A stretch of 64,000 nucleotides of DNA, from the NCBI GenBank assembly GCA_041747675.1, contig JBGTES010000090.1, forward strand, positions 19,582-83,581, read 5' to 3'. Below are positions 20,475 to 30,332 of the stretch, piece after piece. Under the pieces are notes generated by a model. The model did no database searches, had not been told where the DNA came from, and saw nothing but the letters and a program-made list of their open reading frames with translations. The DNA is from Flavobacteriales bacterium (GTDB taxonomy: Bacteria > Bacteroidota > Bacteroidia > Flavobacteriales_F > PHOS-HE28). The position numbers were made by a program, and so were the translations under genes. Numbering within the stretch: position 1 is the stretch's first letter; each line of letters begins with the position of its first letter.

Positions 20475-21201
20475 TGAGGCACCGGCCCGCGCCAACCTGC
20501 GCGCCGCCCTGGCTGGTATTCCGCTGGAGGTGGAGGTGATCGGCGAGGCCCAAAGCGTTGCAGAGGCCATCGTGCTCATCAACAACGCCAGGCCCGATGT
20601 GGTGCTGCTCGACATCTGGCTGGATGATGGCACCGGCTTCGATGTGCTCGACCAGGTGGATCATGACATGACCCGCGTGGTCTTCGTCACCGCCTTCGAT
20701 CACCATGCGGTGAATGCCTTCAAGCACGGCGCCCTGCATTACCTGCTGAAACCCGTGGTGCGCGCCGATCTGCAGGAGGCCCTGGAACGTGCCGCGGCCG
20801 CACCGGTGTACACCACCGAACATGTGGACCATGCCCGCCGCGCCCTGCTGGACCGCATCATCATCCCCACGGCCGAAGGCTTCCACGTGCTTACGCCGCA
20901 TGAGATAGAGCGTTGCGAGAGCGATGGCAACTACACGCGGTTCCACCTGCTGAACGGCGATCGCGTGATGGCATCACGCACCTTGAAGGAGTACGAGAAC
21001 CAATTGGTGCCCTTCGGATTTATGCGGGTCCATCTGTCACACCTGGTGAACATGGCGCAGGTGCGGATGTACCTGCACCGCGATGGCGGGACCCTGGTGC
21101 TAGCGAACGGACAGGAGGTACCGGTGAGCCATCGCCGACGGAACGAAGTGGTGGAAGCTCTTGGCCGGAAAGCCGCCAAAGGTGGGCCTTCCTCCCTATG
21201 A
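20449..21201 (+). CDS. LytTR-family response regulator
   Basis: REC domain (MMRLAIVDDE...VLLDIWLDDGTGFDVL) plus LytTR domain (IIIPTAEGFHVLTPHEIERCESDGNYTRFHL...). Overlaps the HK gene by 26 nt. Confidence 0.85.
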   Translation: MMRLAIVDDEAPARANLRAALAGIPLEVEVIGEAQSVAEAIVLINNARPDVVLLDIWLDDGTGFDVLDQVDHDMTRVVFVTAFDHHAVNAFKHGALHYLLKPVVRADLQEALERAAAAPVYTTEHVDHARRALLDRIIIPTAEGFHVLTPHEIERCESDGNYTRFHLLNGDRVMASRTLKEYENQLVPFGFMRVHLSHLVNMAQVRMYLHRDGGTLVLANGQEVPVSHRRRNEVVEALGRKAAKGGPSSL

Positions 21202-21443
21202 GCGTGCCTGTTCTGCCGGCTTCCTTCTGGCCAACGCTCCCTGATCGCTCGTGGAGAGTCAGGGTCACTGGCATTCGCTGATGCACCTGAACCACCAAAG
21301 TGTGGAACCCCTGTCCCGATCCCTCCCAAGGGAGCGTGGTGCGGCCGCCTCGTTATTCAGACCAACACCTGCCGGGTATGGGGGATCGAGCCTGGCCGGT
21401 TAAATGCTTGGTTTTGGGATATCCACCAATTGACCCAGTTGCC

Positions 21444-22052
21444 ATGAGAATGACCACGACCCTGCTGCTATGTCTGGTGCTTGCCATCGCGGTCCGTGCA
21501 CAGACCACCCACAACCTATTCGTAACGGACTTCGAATTCACTCCTGCTGTGATCGATGCGGTGCAGGGTGATTCGCTCCGCATCCTGCCGATCGACCCCG
21601 GACACACTTTCACGCAGGTGAGCGAGGAGACATGGAACGCCAATGGGAATACCCCTTCCGGGCAGTTCCAGTTCGAATTCCTGCAGGACACGGTCACGGT
21701 CGAGTTGACAGGGTCCGGCATCATCTATTATGTGTGTTCCCCCCATGCGAGCACGGGTATGAAAGGGATCGTGAATGTGGAATTGGCCGCCAACATCGCC
21801 GATCATAGTCCGCTCCGCCCTTCCATCTTCTATCCCAACCCCGCATCGGAGGTGATCTGGATGCGCGATGCGTCTTCCGATGCGATGCACGTGGACATCG
21901 TGGATGTGGTGGGCCGCGAGTCCGTGCGGATGCAGGTGCTCGGTACTTCGCCGCTCTATGTGGGTGACCTGCCCGCCGGTTTGTACCTGTTACGGGTGAT
22001 GGACCGCGGCGGCAACGAACTGCAACGCCAGCAGTTGGTGGTGGCGCGCTGA
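21444..22052 (+). CDS. cupredoxin (plastocyanin/azurin-like blue copper) domain protein with T9SS C-terminal domain
   Basis: Signal peptide MRMTTTLLLCLVLAIAVRAQT. Type-1 Cu ligand pattern H(DPGHTF)...YYVCSPHASTGMKG (C-x2-H-x4-M). C-terminal tail IFYPNPASEVIWM...LYLLRVMDRGG. Confidence 0.7.
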   Translation: MRMTTTLLLCLVLAIAVRAQTTHNLFVTDFEFTPAVIDAVQGDSLRILPIDPGHTFTQVSEETWNANGNTPSGQFQFEFLQDTVTVELTGSGIIYYVCSPHASTGMKGIVNVELAANIADHSPLRPSIFYPNPASEVIWMRDASSDAMHVDIVDVVGRESVRMQVLGTSPLYVGDLPAGLYLLRVMDRGGNELQRQQLVVAR

Positions 22053-22224
22053 GGTCATATGGATCGGAGCCTTGAAGGTTGTTACCACTTCCTCAGGCTC
22101 CACTCTCTAAAACATATTGGGCCCTTTGGCTGGGCCGGGAACACCGGTGCCTGAGCGCTTGCTTCCCGTGGTGGATCGCTTCTTGGCCAGGTGATCCGAG
22201 GGGTTGATCTTGCTCTAAAACGCC

Positions 22225-24705
22225 ATGGGCATGCGAGGGCATATCGCTGGTATTCTGGTCTTCCTTTTCATCCCCTCCACGATCACTGGACAGCGGGTGG
22301 TCCCATTGGACACGGGAGAGACCATCATGGCGCTAGGCGTATTTGCCCTGACCGATTATCAGGGTTTCCTGGTCGTAGGCGGATCATTCCATCAGTTCCT
22401 CGGACATGAGCGGGTGAACCTACAGGCCTGGGATGGAACAGAGCACCACGATCTGCCCGGTGCCTTCGCAACGCTGGCGAACCGGGTGAGGGCCATGGTG
22501 GTGTATGAAGGCGATCTTATCGTGGCGGGCACCGAACCAGCCTTCGGGCACGTGGCCCGGTGGGATGGGACAACATGGAACGCGTTGGCGTCGGGTCTGT
22601 CGGCACCGGTATTCTCCCTGGCCGTGCACAATGGTATGTTACATGCCGCTGGGGAAAGCGGGAATGTATGGCGATGGCAGAGTGGTGTATGGGAACAGTT
22701 GGGAAGTGGGTTGGGAGCCCCGGTCCTCGCCCTTTGTGTCCATGGAGACGTGTTGTATGCGGGCGGTGAATTCACAGCCACGAGCAGTGGCATCACCGGG
22801 CTGCACCATATCGCCCAATATGATGGTGACGGCTGGACCCCTGTTGGTCCCGGCCTGAATGGTGTGGTACACGCGATGCAGAGCGATGCCGAGGGTCTTC
22901 TGATCGGGGGTGATATGACCGCGACCGCCGACCAATCCCTGGCGCTGGCACATTGGACCGTGTTCAACGGGACGGGCTATCTGTCGAAGCCCTCGGTAAA
23001 AGGAGGAGGGCCTGTTACGGGATTCTACCGGATATCCGATGGAAGGTTGCTGGTAGGTGGTTCCCAGCACACGCTGGTCATGAAGGAAGATGAGGTGGTG
23101 GGCAGCTTCCGGTTTTCCCGTATGCACGCCGCTCAGGAGTATGCGGGGAGCACTGTTCTCGCAGGGCGTGGCTCCATGGCGCTGGCCCATACCTGGACCA
23201 ATGGGATCGGCCGGATGATCGAAGGCACGATCGTGGCCGACCTCGAGCTTAATTCCATCCGCGCCATGGTCAGTCCCTTCCCAGGCGCCTTCACCGACCA
23301 TTGGTCGAACGAGCCTGGTTTCGAGGTGCCCCAGGGAGAAGACACACACTCCATCTACACCACGATACCATGGATCATCGGGTTGGCCGATGGTAGTCCT
23401 GTGGGTTTCACGCCGGCCACCTTCCAATCACAGGGTACATGGCCGCGCTACCCGTGGGCAGGACCCAATGCGGATGCGGTAGATGACGGTTTCTACGAAC
23501 GCTATCACCGCGTGTGGAAGTTGGATCGCGCCATGGTGCAGAACCACATCGCCCTTTGGCAGGACCCCGGTTATGAAATGCCGGAGCCCATTGCCAGCTG
23601 GCCGGGCAATGGCGATGTTTCCAACGGGGAGCCAGCGCTGCTCGCCCCATTCATGGATGTGAACGGGGACGGCATCTATGATCCCTGGTCCGGGGACTAT
23701 CCCATCATCCGCGGCGACCAAGCGGTGTATGCCATTATGCATGCGGAGTGGGTGTCGCAATGGGGCGGCATGGCGCATCCTGAGGTGGATATCCATGCGA
23801 TGTACCACGTGTATCATCCTTTCAACCAGCCCGCGTTGGATGGCGTGGTCTTCGTGAACTACCGGTACGTCAACCGTTCATCGCAGACCTATGAGCAGGT
23901 GCGCTTCGCGCAGTACATCGATGCGGATATCGGGTGCTTTCAGGATGATCTTGCGGGCTGTGATTCCACACGTAATGTCATCTATGCTTACAATGGCTTC
24001 GATTTCGATGCCGACTGTTCCACTCAAACGGGTTATGGCCCAACGCCGCCGGCCCAAGGGGCGGTCTTCTTGAATGAGCCATTGCGCTCGCACAGTGTGA
24101 TAACGACCAGTTTTGTGCCTACTGGATCGGCACTTATGGACCTCATGTTCGGCACCATCAATGGGCAGCCGTTCGACCTGGGAGGCTCCACCACAAATTA
24201 TATGTTCCCTGGCGGGGATCACATGGACCAATTCAACCCAGCTCTCATCGACCGGATCTCCATCGGCGCCACCGGCCCTTTCACCCTGGCTCCCCAGGAT
24301 ACCTTGTGCATCGATCTGGCCTTTGTCTACGCACGCGCAGGCAGCGGAGGAGCGCTTGCGAGTCGTGATGCTCTGCTGACCCGTGTGGATTCCGTTCGCG
24401 CCTTCTACATGTCACATGCCCTGGCATGTGCGGAAGAGCCGATCATGGTGGGGATCGCGCATCCACACGATATCATGCCAGATGTACGGCTCTTCCCCAA
24501 TCCTGCCACGCACGCCTTCCAAGTCGTCGCAGGTAAGCCGATCCAACGCGTCGCTGTACTGGACATGCAAGGGCGCCTGGTCCGTGCGGTCCACACCTTC
24601 GGCGAACGGGTGTTCGTCCCCTCCGGTGATATGGCGCGCGGCACCTATGTGGTGCAGGTCTTCTTCACGAACGGAAGCCGTGCATTGCGTGTAGTGTTGG
24701 AGTAG
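22225..24705 (+). CDS. large secreted hypothetical protein with T9SS C-terminal sorting domain
   Basis: 826 aa with signal peptide. C-terminus RLFPNPATHAFQVVAG...VLDMQGRLV...GTYVVQVFF is a Por tail. Confidence 0.65.
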   Translation: MGMRGHIAGILVFLFIPSTITGQRVVPLDTGETIMALGVFALTDYQGFLVVGGSFHQFLGHERVNLQAWDGTEHHDLPGAFATLANRVRAMVVYEGDLIVAGTEPAFGHVARWDGTTWNALASGLSAPVFSLAVHNGMLHAAGESGNVWRWQSGVWEQLGSGLGAPVLALCVHGDVLYAGGEFTATSSGITGLHHIAQYDGDGWTPVGPGLNGVVHAMQSDAEGLLIGGDMTATADQSLALAHWTVFNGTGYLSKPSVKGGGPVTGFYRISDGRLLVGGSQHTLVMKEDEVVGSFRFSRMHAAQEYAGSTVLAGRGSMALAHTWTNGIGRMIEGTIVADLELNSIRAMVSPFPGAFTDHWSNEPGFEVPQGEDTHSIYTTIPWIIGLADGSPVGFTPATFQSQGTWPRYPWAGPNADAVDDGFYERYHRVWKLDRAMVQNHIALWQDPGYEMPEPIASWPGNGDVSNGEPALLAPFMDVNGDGIYDPWSGDYPIIRGDQAVYAIMHAEWVSQWGGMAHPEVDIHAMYHVYHPFNQPALDGVVFVNYRYVNRSSQTYEQVRFAQYIDADIGCFQDDLAGCDSTRNVIYAYNGFDFDADCSTQTGYGPTPPAQGAVFLNEPLRSHSVITTSFVPTGSALMDLMFGTINGQPFDLGGSTTNYMFPGGDHMDQFNPALIDRISIGATGPFTLAPQDTLCIDLAFVYARAGSGGALASRDALLTRVDSVRAFYMSHALACAEEPIMVGIAHPHDIMPDVRLFPNPATHAFQVVAGKPIQRVAVLDMQGRLVRAVHTFGERVFVPSGDMARGTYVVQVFFTNGSRALRVVLE

Positions 24706-24824
24706 CGAACTACCCGTAGCCGCTTCAAGCGCCGTTTTCATCAGATCACGCCTTCCGGTCCATACTCTTGCTCATAGTGTGATCCGCAAAGCGATGCGCC
24801 ATCTTTGAGCACCTAAACCACTCC

Positions 24825-25040
24825 ATGAAGAAGCACCTCCCTATTGCCGCCATTCTATTCCTGGGTCTCACGGCCTGTGGCAACGACAGTGAACAGCACA
24901 ATGAAGCACCACCACCCGCCGCCACGGAAACGGACAAGGGCACCAAGGTCCGGGTTGGTGGAGATGGTGTGAACGTGGAGACCGACAAGGTGAATATCGA
25001 CATCTCCACGGACAGCGGTTCGGTGGAGATCGGTGATTGA
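24825..25040 (+). CDS. small lipoprotein (hypothetical)
   Basis: MKKHLPIAAILFLGLTACGND is a lipobox. 71 aa and low complexity. Followed by a strong terminator hairpin. Confidence 0.4.
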   Translation: MKKHLPIAAILFLGLTACGNDSEQHNEAPPPAATETDKGTKVRVGGDGVNVETDKVNIDISTDSGSVEIGD

Positions 25041-25064
25041 TCGGGCGACACGTCAGCTAGATAG

Positions 25065-25095
25065 AGGCCCGCGACAGCTGTCGCGGGCCTTCTCA
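25065..25095. terminator. bidirectional intrinsic terminator hairpin
   Basis: aggcccgcgacagc-tgtcgcgggcct is a perfect stem of about 11-12 bp, lying between the convergent genes ending at 25040 (+) and 25123 (-). Confidence 0.5.
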
Positions 25096-25122
25096 TGTTC
25101 CAGTGCGGTCGAGGCGGCAAGG

Positions 25123-25473
25123 TCACCCCTTCGCTGCCTCCACCATCGCCTTTACCGTCTTCGGTGCGCTGCCGATGAACACCTGCTTGCCTATCACGAT
25201 GGTGGGGCGTTTGAGGAAGGTGTATTCTTCGAGAATGTACTTCCGAAAGTCCATCTCGGTCAGCTTCATCTCGTTCAGGCCCATGCTGCGGTACTTCCTG
25301 GCGATCTTGCTGAATAGGGCCTCGTAGCTACCTGCCAGTTTCTTCAGTTCATCGAGTTGGGCTGCGGTGATGGGCTGGGTCTTGATCTCCTGCAATTCAA
25401 ATTGATTGATGTTGGGGATCTGGCCCAGGATGCGCTGGCATGTGCCGCAGTTGGCGAGGTGGTAGATCTTCAT
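25123..25473 (-). CDS. ArsC/Spx/MgsR-family protein (thioredoxin-fold, arsenate reductase-like)
   Basis: 116 aa. N-terminus MKIYHLANCGTCQR is family-typical. Confidence 0.65.
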   Translation of the reverse strand: MKIYHLANCGTCQRILGQIPNINQFELQEIKTQPITAAQLDELKKLAGSYEALFSKIARKYRSMGLNEMKLTEMDFRKYILEEYTFLKRPTIVIGKQVFIGSAPKTVKAMVEAAKG

Positions 25474-25522
25474 GGGGGAGGAGGATGATGGGAAGGAGTA
25501 ACGGAGCGGCGGCGGTCATTGT

Positions 25523-26107
25523 TCAGCTGCCGCTCCGTTGTGACCATTGCCAGGTCTTGAACTCCATGCCCGCCATGCGCACATGGAACGTGAGGAAGAA
25601 TGCTGCTCCCATACCGTAGATGACGAACGCAGGGCGCACGAGCACAGCGCGCAGGCTGTCGTTGATGGGCCAGGCATGGAACTGGCCGAGGTTGTGCAGC
25701 ACGGCGAAGACGCTCACCACGGCCGCAGCTTTCAGCATGGAGTGGGCCATTTGAGCATGGTAGAGCTTGGGTGTGTTCCCGCTTCTGAAGGGTATGTGGT
25801 GCACCTGGTCCGCGCGACCGTAGTACAGCAGCGAGAGGAACTGCCAGCGGTCATTGGGCGCGCCCTGCACGGGGCGCAGCGCGTAGTGGCGGCAATACCA
25901 CCAATGGCCATAGATCAGCAGGGCGGATACCAGCAGGTTGGCGAGCAGCAGCGGCCCGAAACTGAAGCCCAGGATGCTGGTCAGGGGGTTCATTTCACCG
26001 GCCTCGCCGCCGGGTTGGCTCATGAACAGGTGCGTGCTCCACATGTCGCCTGCGCGGGTAATGAGGAATGCGACAGCCCAAGGCCAGAAGCGGGGCGGGT
26101 TGATCAT
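25523..26107 (-). CDS. hypothetical integral membrane protein
   Basis: Four or so hydrophobic helices. The ATG at 26107 overlaps the DUF1801 stop (ATGA). The track ORF extends to 26383 in an overlapping frame. Confidence 0.45.
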   Translation of the reverse strand: MINPPRFWPWAVAFLITRAGDMWSTHLFMSQPGGEAGEMNPLTSILGFSFGPLLLANLLVSALLIYGHWWYCRHYALRPVQGAPNDRWQFLSLLYYGRADQVHHIPFRSGNTPKLYHAQMAHSMLKAAAVVSVFAVLHNLGQFHAWPINDSLRAVLVRPAFVIYGMGAAFFLTFHVRMAGMEFKTWQWSQRSGS

Positions 26108-26496
26108 CCTGGCAGCTTCTTGTTCTTCAACTTCCCGACAATCCTGCCTTTCCTCAAAGCGATTGCGTACGACAGCACCTCGTTCAGTAGTGCCACTGGC
26201 GCATCCTGCGTGGGATCCACCCGGAAGATCTTCATGCGTTTGCGGTCGCCTTGCACCAGTGCGGGGTGATCCATGATGGCGCCATCCACGAAGCCGATGT
26301 AGGGTGTACCGGTCGATGAAGCGCACCACAGGTAGCAGAACATCCTGCCAGCAAGGTCGAAGAAGGGCATGCCATAGCGCCACTTCTCTTCAAGCCCGGG
26401 GTGCTTCTTCTTGATATGGTCGCGCAGCCAGATCAAGGTGCTGCGTGCGGGTTCCTGCTGCTTCTGGAAATAGGTGTCGATGGCCGGGAAGTGCAT
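26104..26496 (-). CDS. DUF1801 (YdhG-like) domain protein
   Basis: MHFPAIDTYFQKQQEPARSTLIWLRDHIKKKHPGLEEKWRYGMPFFDLAG matches the DUF1801 pattern. Confidence 0.7.
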   Translation of the reverse strand: MHFPAIDTYFQKQQEPARSTLIWLRDHIKKKHPGLEEKWRYGMPFFDLAGRMFCYLWCASSTGTPYIGFVDGAIMDHPALVQGDRKRMKIFRVDPTQDAPVALLNEVLSYAIALRKGRIVGKLKNKKLPG

Positions 26497-26610
26497 GGTG
26501 CAAAGGAATGCTATGGATGAATTTGACTGCCTGGCGAGTGTGACCGCCAGCACCTCACCGGTCTAGAGATCAGCTGTCCTTTGACGACATGGGAAGGAAT
26601 CTCACGCGGC

Positions 26611-27063
26611 CTAAGGTTTCACCCGGCCGAGGTCGAGGAACACCTCCTTGAGATGGTCGAAATCGGCATCCGTGGTCAAAAGCGTGGCTTTGGTCACTGC
26701 TGCGGTGGCTGCGATCCACAGGTCGTTCTTGCCCATGTTTCGGGAGCTTAGCCCCAAGGTGTAGCCCGCAAGCTTGCCCTGGCTGAACGCATCGATGCGC
26801 GCATAGGAGGTCATCAGCGGATCGTCGGCGTGGTTAATGTCGATGATCACGTAGCGCCTAAGCAACTTCTCGAGCTTCTCCTTCTTCTGCGCACCCCACC
26901 CGTTCTGCTCAGCAAGCGAAAGCAGTTCGCCCATGGTCACTGTTGAGATCATGACCAAGGCATCATCGGCCCCGAGCTTGTGTTCGGCCTGAAGGCGCTG
27001 CCACAGCGGATGGTCCTTCAGCGCGGCAAGGACCACGTTCGTATCCAGCACATAGCGCCTCAT
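26611..27063 (-). CDS. vapC: PIN-domain ribonuclease toxin (VapC-like)
   Basis: MRRYVLDTNVV...DALVMISTVTMGEL...NDLWIAATAAV...LLTTDADF carries the conserved acidic PIN residues. Confidence 0.8.
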   Translation of the reverse strand: MRRYVLDTNVVLAALKDHPLWQRLQAEHKLGADDALVMISTVTMGELLSLAEQNGWGAQKKEKLEKLLRRYVIIDINHADDPLMTSYARIDAFSQGKLAGYTLGLSSRNMGKNDLWIAATAAVTKATLLTTDADFDHLKEVFLDLGRVKP

Positions 27064-27983
27064 GCGGTCAGTTGGCTCAGCAGCACATCGAAGTCCTCAT
27101 CACCGGGCCATTGGCCCACCACACTTTTCGCTTTGTTGCGCCCACCCTTTTCGCGCAGTTGCCGTTCGATCTGCTGTTCGGTGTGCTCGCCCTTGCGCTG
27201 CTTCGCGAAGTAGCGCTCACCTTGTTCCGCCGGATGCAACTGTTGCACTTCGATGGTGCGGCGCCCGCCCGGCTTGAAGTGGACCATGCCGATGACCGTG
27301 GCCTCCTTCGTCCAGAACTGTGCGACCTCGGTCCGGTCCAGATCGTCGGACAGGAACCCATCCATGGTGCCATCGGGACCCTTGATCCTGATGCGTGAGC
27401 TGCTGTGTTGCAACAGGTCCACGGTCCCCTGCAGCACGATCCGCTCCGGTTCGGGAAGTGTGTCCTCCAGTTCGGCGATGCGCTTCAGGGAGATGCGTTC
27501 AATAACGAGGCCTTTCGTGCTCCCTTCGTTGCTGATGCGGAACGCCTCTTCGGCTCCACGGAACACTTTCTTGAAGGCCTTCAATTGGTTGAGCAGCGGC
27601 TTGTCAAGGAACTCCTTGCTGCCCTCCTCGTCCAGCGCATCATTGAAGGTGTTCATGAACAGCGACATGGGCGTCTGTTCCTTGAGCTTCAGCTGCTCTT
27701 CATGGCGAAAGGCATCGAACTGGATCCCGGTGAGCGTTTCGCCCAGGGTCTGGCATTCCACCATCAAACGGGTACTGCCCTTTTTCACACCAACGAGGTC
27801 GATGCGTAAGGCATCATCCAGGCGCGCCTGCTTCCGGCCGGCGGTGATGCTCACGCCCCGCAGCCGCAACTGGAGCGCTCCCTCGGCCACCTTCGAGATG
27901 ATGTCCGCAAGCTGCGCCAATCGCCGAAGGTCGATCCTGCCGTTGCCTTCGATCGGCTTGTCTATTTTGATCTCGTACTTCAT
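27060..27983 (-). CDS. hypothetical 307-aa protein with a VapB/DUF2281-like C-terminal tail; putative atypical antitoxin/partner of the PIN toxin
   Basis: 4-nt ATGA overlap with the downstream PIN gene. C-terminal ...KSVVGQWPGDEDFDVLLSQLTA resembles the G-x-W/I-x-x-DDFD-x-x-L tails of PIN-binding antitoxins. The N-terminal ~270 aa is uncharacterised. Local GC is lower than the flanks. Confidence 0.5.
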   Translation of the reverse strand: MKYEIKIDKPIEGNGRIDLRRLAQLADIISKVAEGALQLRLRGVSITAGRKQARLDDALRIDLVGVKKGSTRLMVECQTLGETLTGIQFDAFRHEEQLKLKEQTPMSLFMNTFNDALDEEGSKEFLDKPLLNQLKAFKKVFRGAEEAFRISNEGSTKGLVIERISLKRIAELEDTLPEPERIVLQGTVDLLQHSSSRIRIKGPDGTMDGFLSDDLDRTEVAQFWTKEATVIGMVHFKPGGRRTIEVQQLHPAEQGERYFAKQRKGEHTEQQIERQLREKGGRNKAKSVVGQWPGDEDFDVLLSQLTA

Positions 27984-28172
27984 GAAGGCTCCACGATAGC
28001 TAGGACGAAAACTGCGGCGATCTTCATCAGTCGAAGTTAGTATTCCCCGTTCATACCACTACCAGTAGGTCGATCCCACTTCGACTGCGCTCTGCATGGG
28101 TCGACCTGCCTGCCGGTATGCGCTACAGGTGCGGATAAGGACCCTTGTGCGCAGCCGCCAACCCGCAACCGA

Positions 28173-28631
28173 TCATGCGAGCATTGCAGAGATGAACTGA
28201 AGGATGAACCCGACAGTGAGCAGCGAAGCACCAAGGACCAACGCCTTGCGGCGGGCATCGCGGTCGGCCACCAGACGATGCACCAAGGGCTGCGCCAATC
28301 GGCGTTCCAGAAAAGCAAGGATTCGCTTGTAGAAGAGGAGGAAGATGAAATACACGACCATTGCAAGGCCGATGACCATGAAATAGTATCGCATACTGAG
28401 GACAGGTTCACCGCCGCGGGACGCGGTGAGGCCTTCGTACACCCCGAAAAGGCCTGCCGCGAGGCCATAGATCATCATGCTTCCGAACACGATGATGATC
28501 GGTATCCGCGATACGAAGCGTGTCATTCCTGCCTCCAGTCGCTTCATGGTTTCTTCGCCCAATAGTTCAGGTGCGGCGCACCAGAACGAAAGGAACTGCA
28601 GTACCATGCCGATCATGTTGAGCCATTTCAT
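28173..28631 (-). CDS. hypothetical membrane protein
   Basis: 152 aa with four or so hydrophobic segments. Confidence 0.4.
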   Translation of the reverse strand: MKWLNMIGMVLQFLSFWCAAPELLGEETMKRLEAGMTRFVSRIPIIIVFGSMMIYGLAAGLFGVYEGLTASRGGEPVLSMRYYFMVIGLAMVVYFIFLLFYKRILAFLERRLAQPLVHRLVADRDARRKALVLGASLLTVGFILQFISAMLA

Positions 28632-28720
28632 GCGATCAAGAGGTGATACTGTTCAGAACTCCGCACTCTTCGGCGTCCGCGGGAACGGGATCATCCGCCG
28701 TACGGTGGATTCCCCACGCC

Positions 28721-30172
<1,452 letters not shown>

Positions 30173-30332
30173 GGATCGGATGATCGGATGATCGGATGAT
30201 CAGACAATGGGAATGCCTGCCTCCGACCCGGGATCAGCCCGCAAAGGAACGAAGGCGACGTGATGTGTAGGAGGGTGATAGAGTTGCGATCGCTCCTGTG
30301 GGACCGCTGGAAGCACAATACTTCGCGCTCAG

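Noticed and set aside
25523-26383. Track ORF of 286 aa extending upstream across the DUF1801 gene.
   Set aside because: The N-terminal 92 aa overlap the DUF1801 coding frame and are Arg-rich nonsense. The internal ATG at 26107 gives a clean ATGA-coupled membrane protein.
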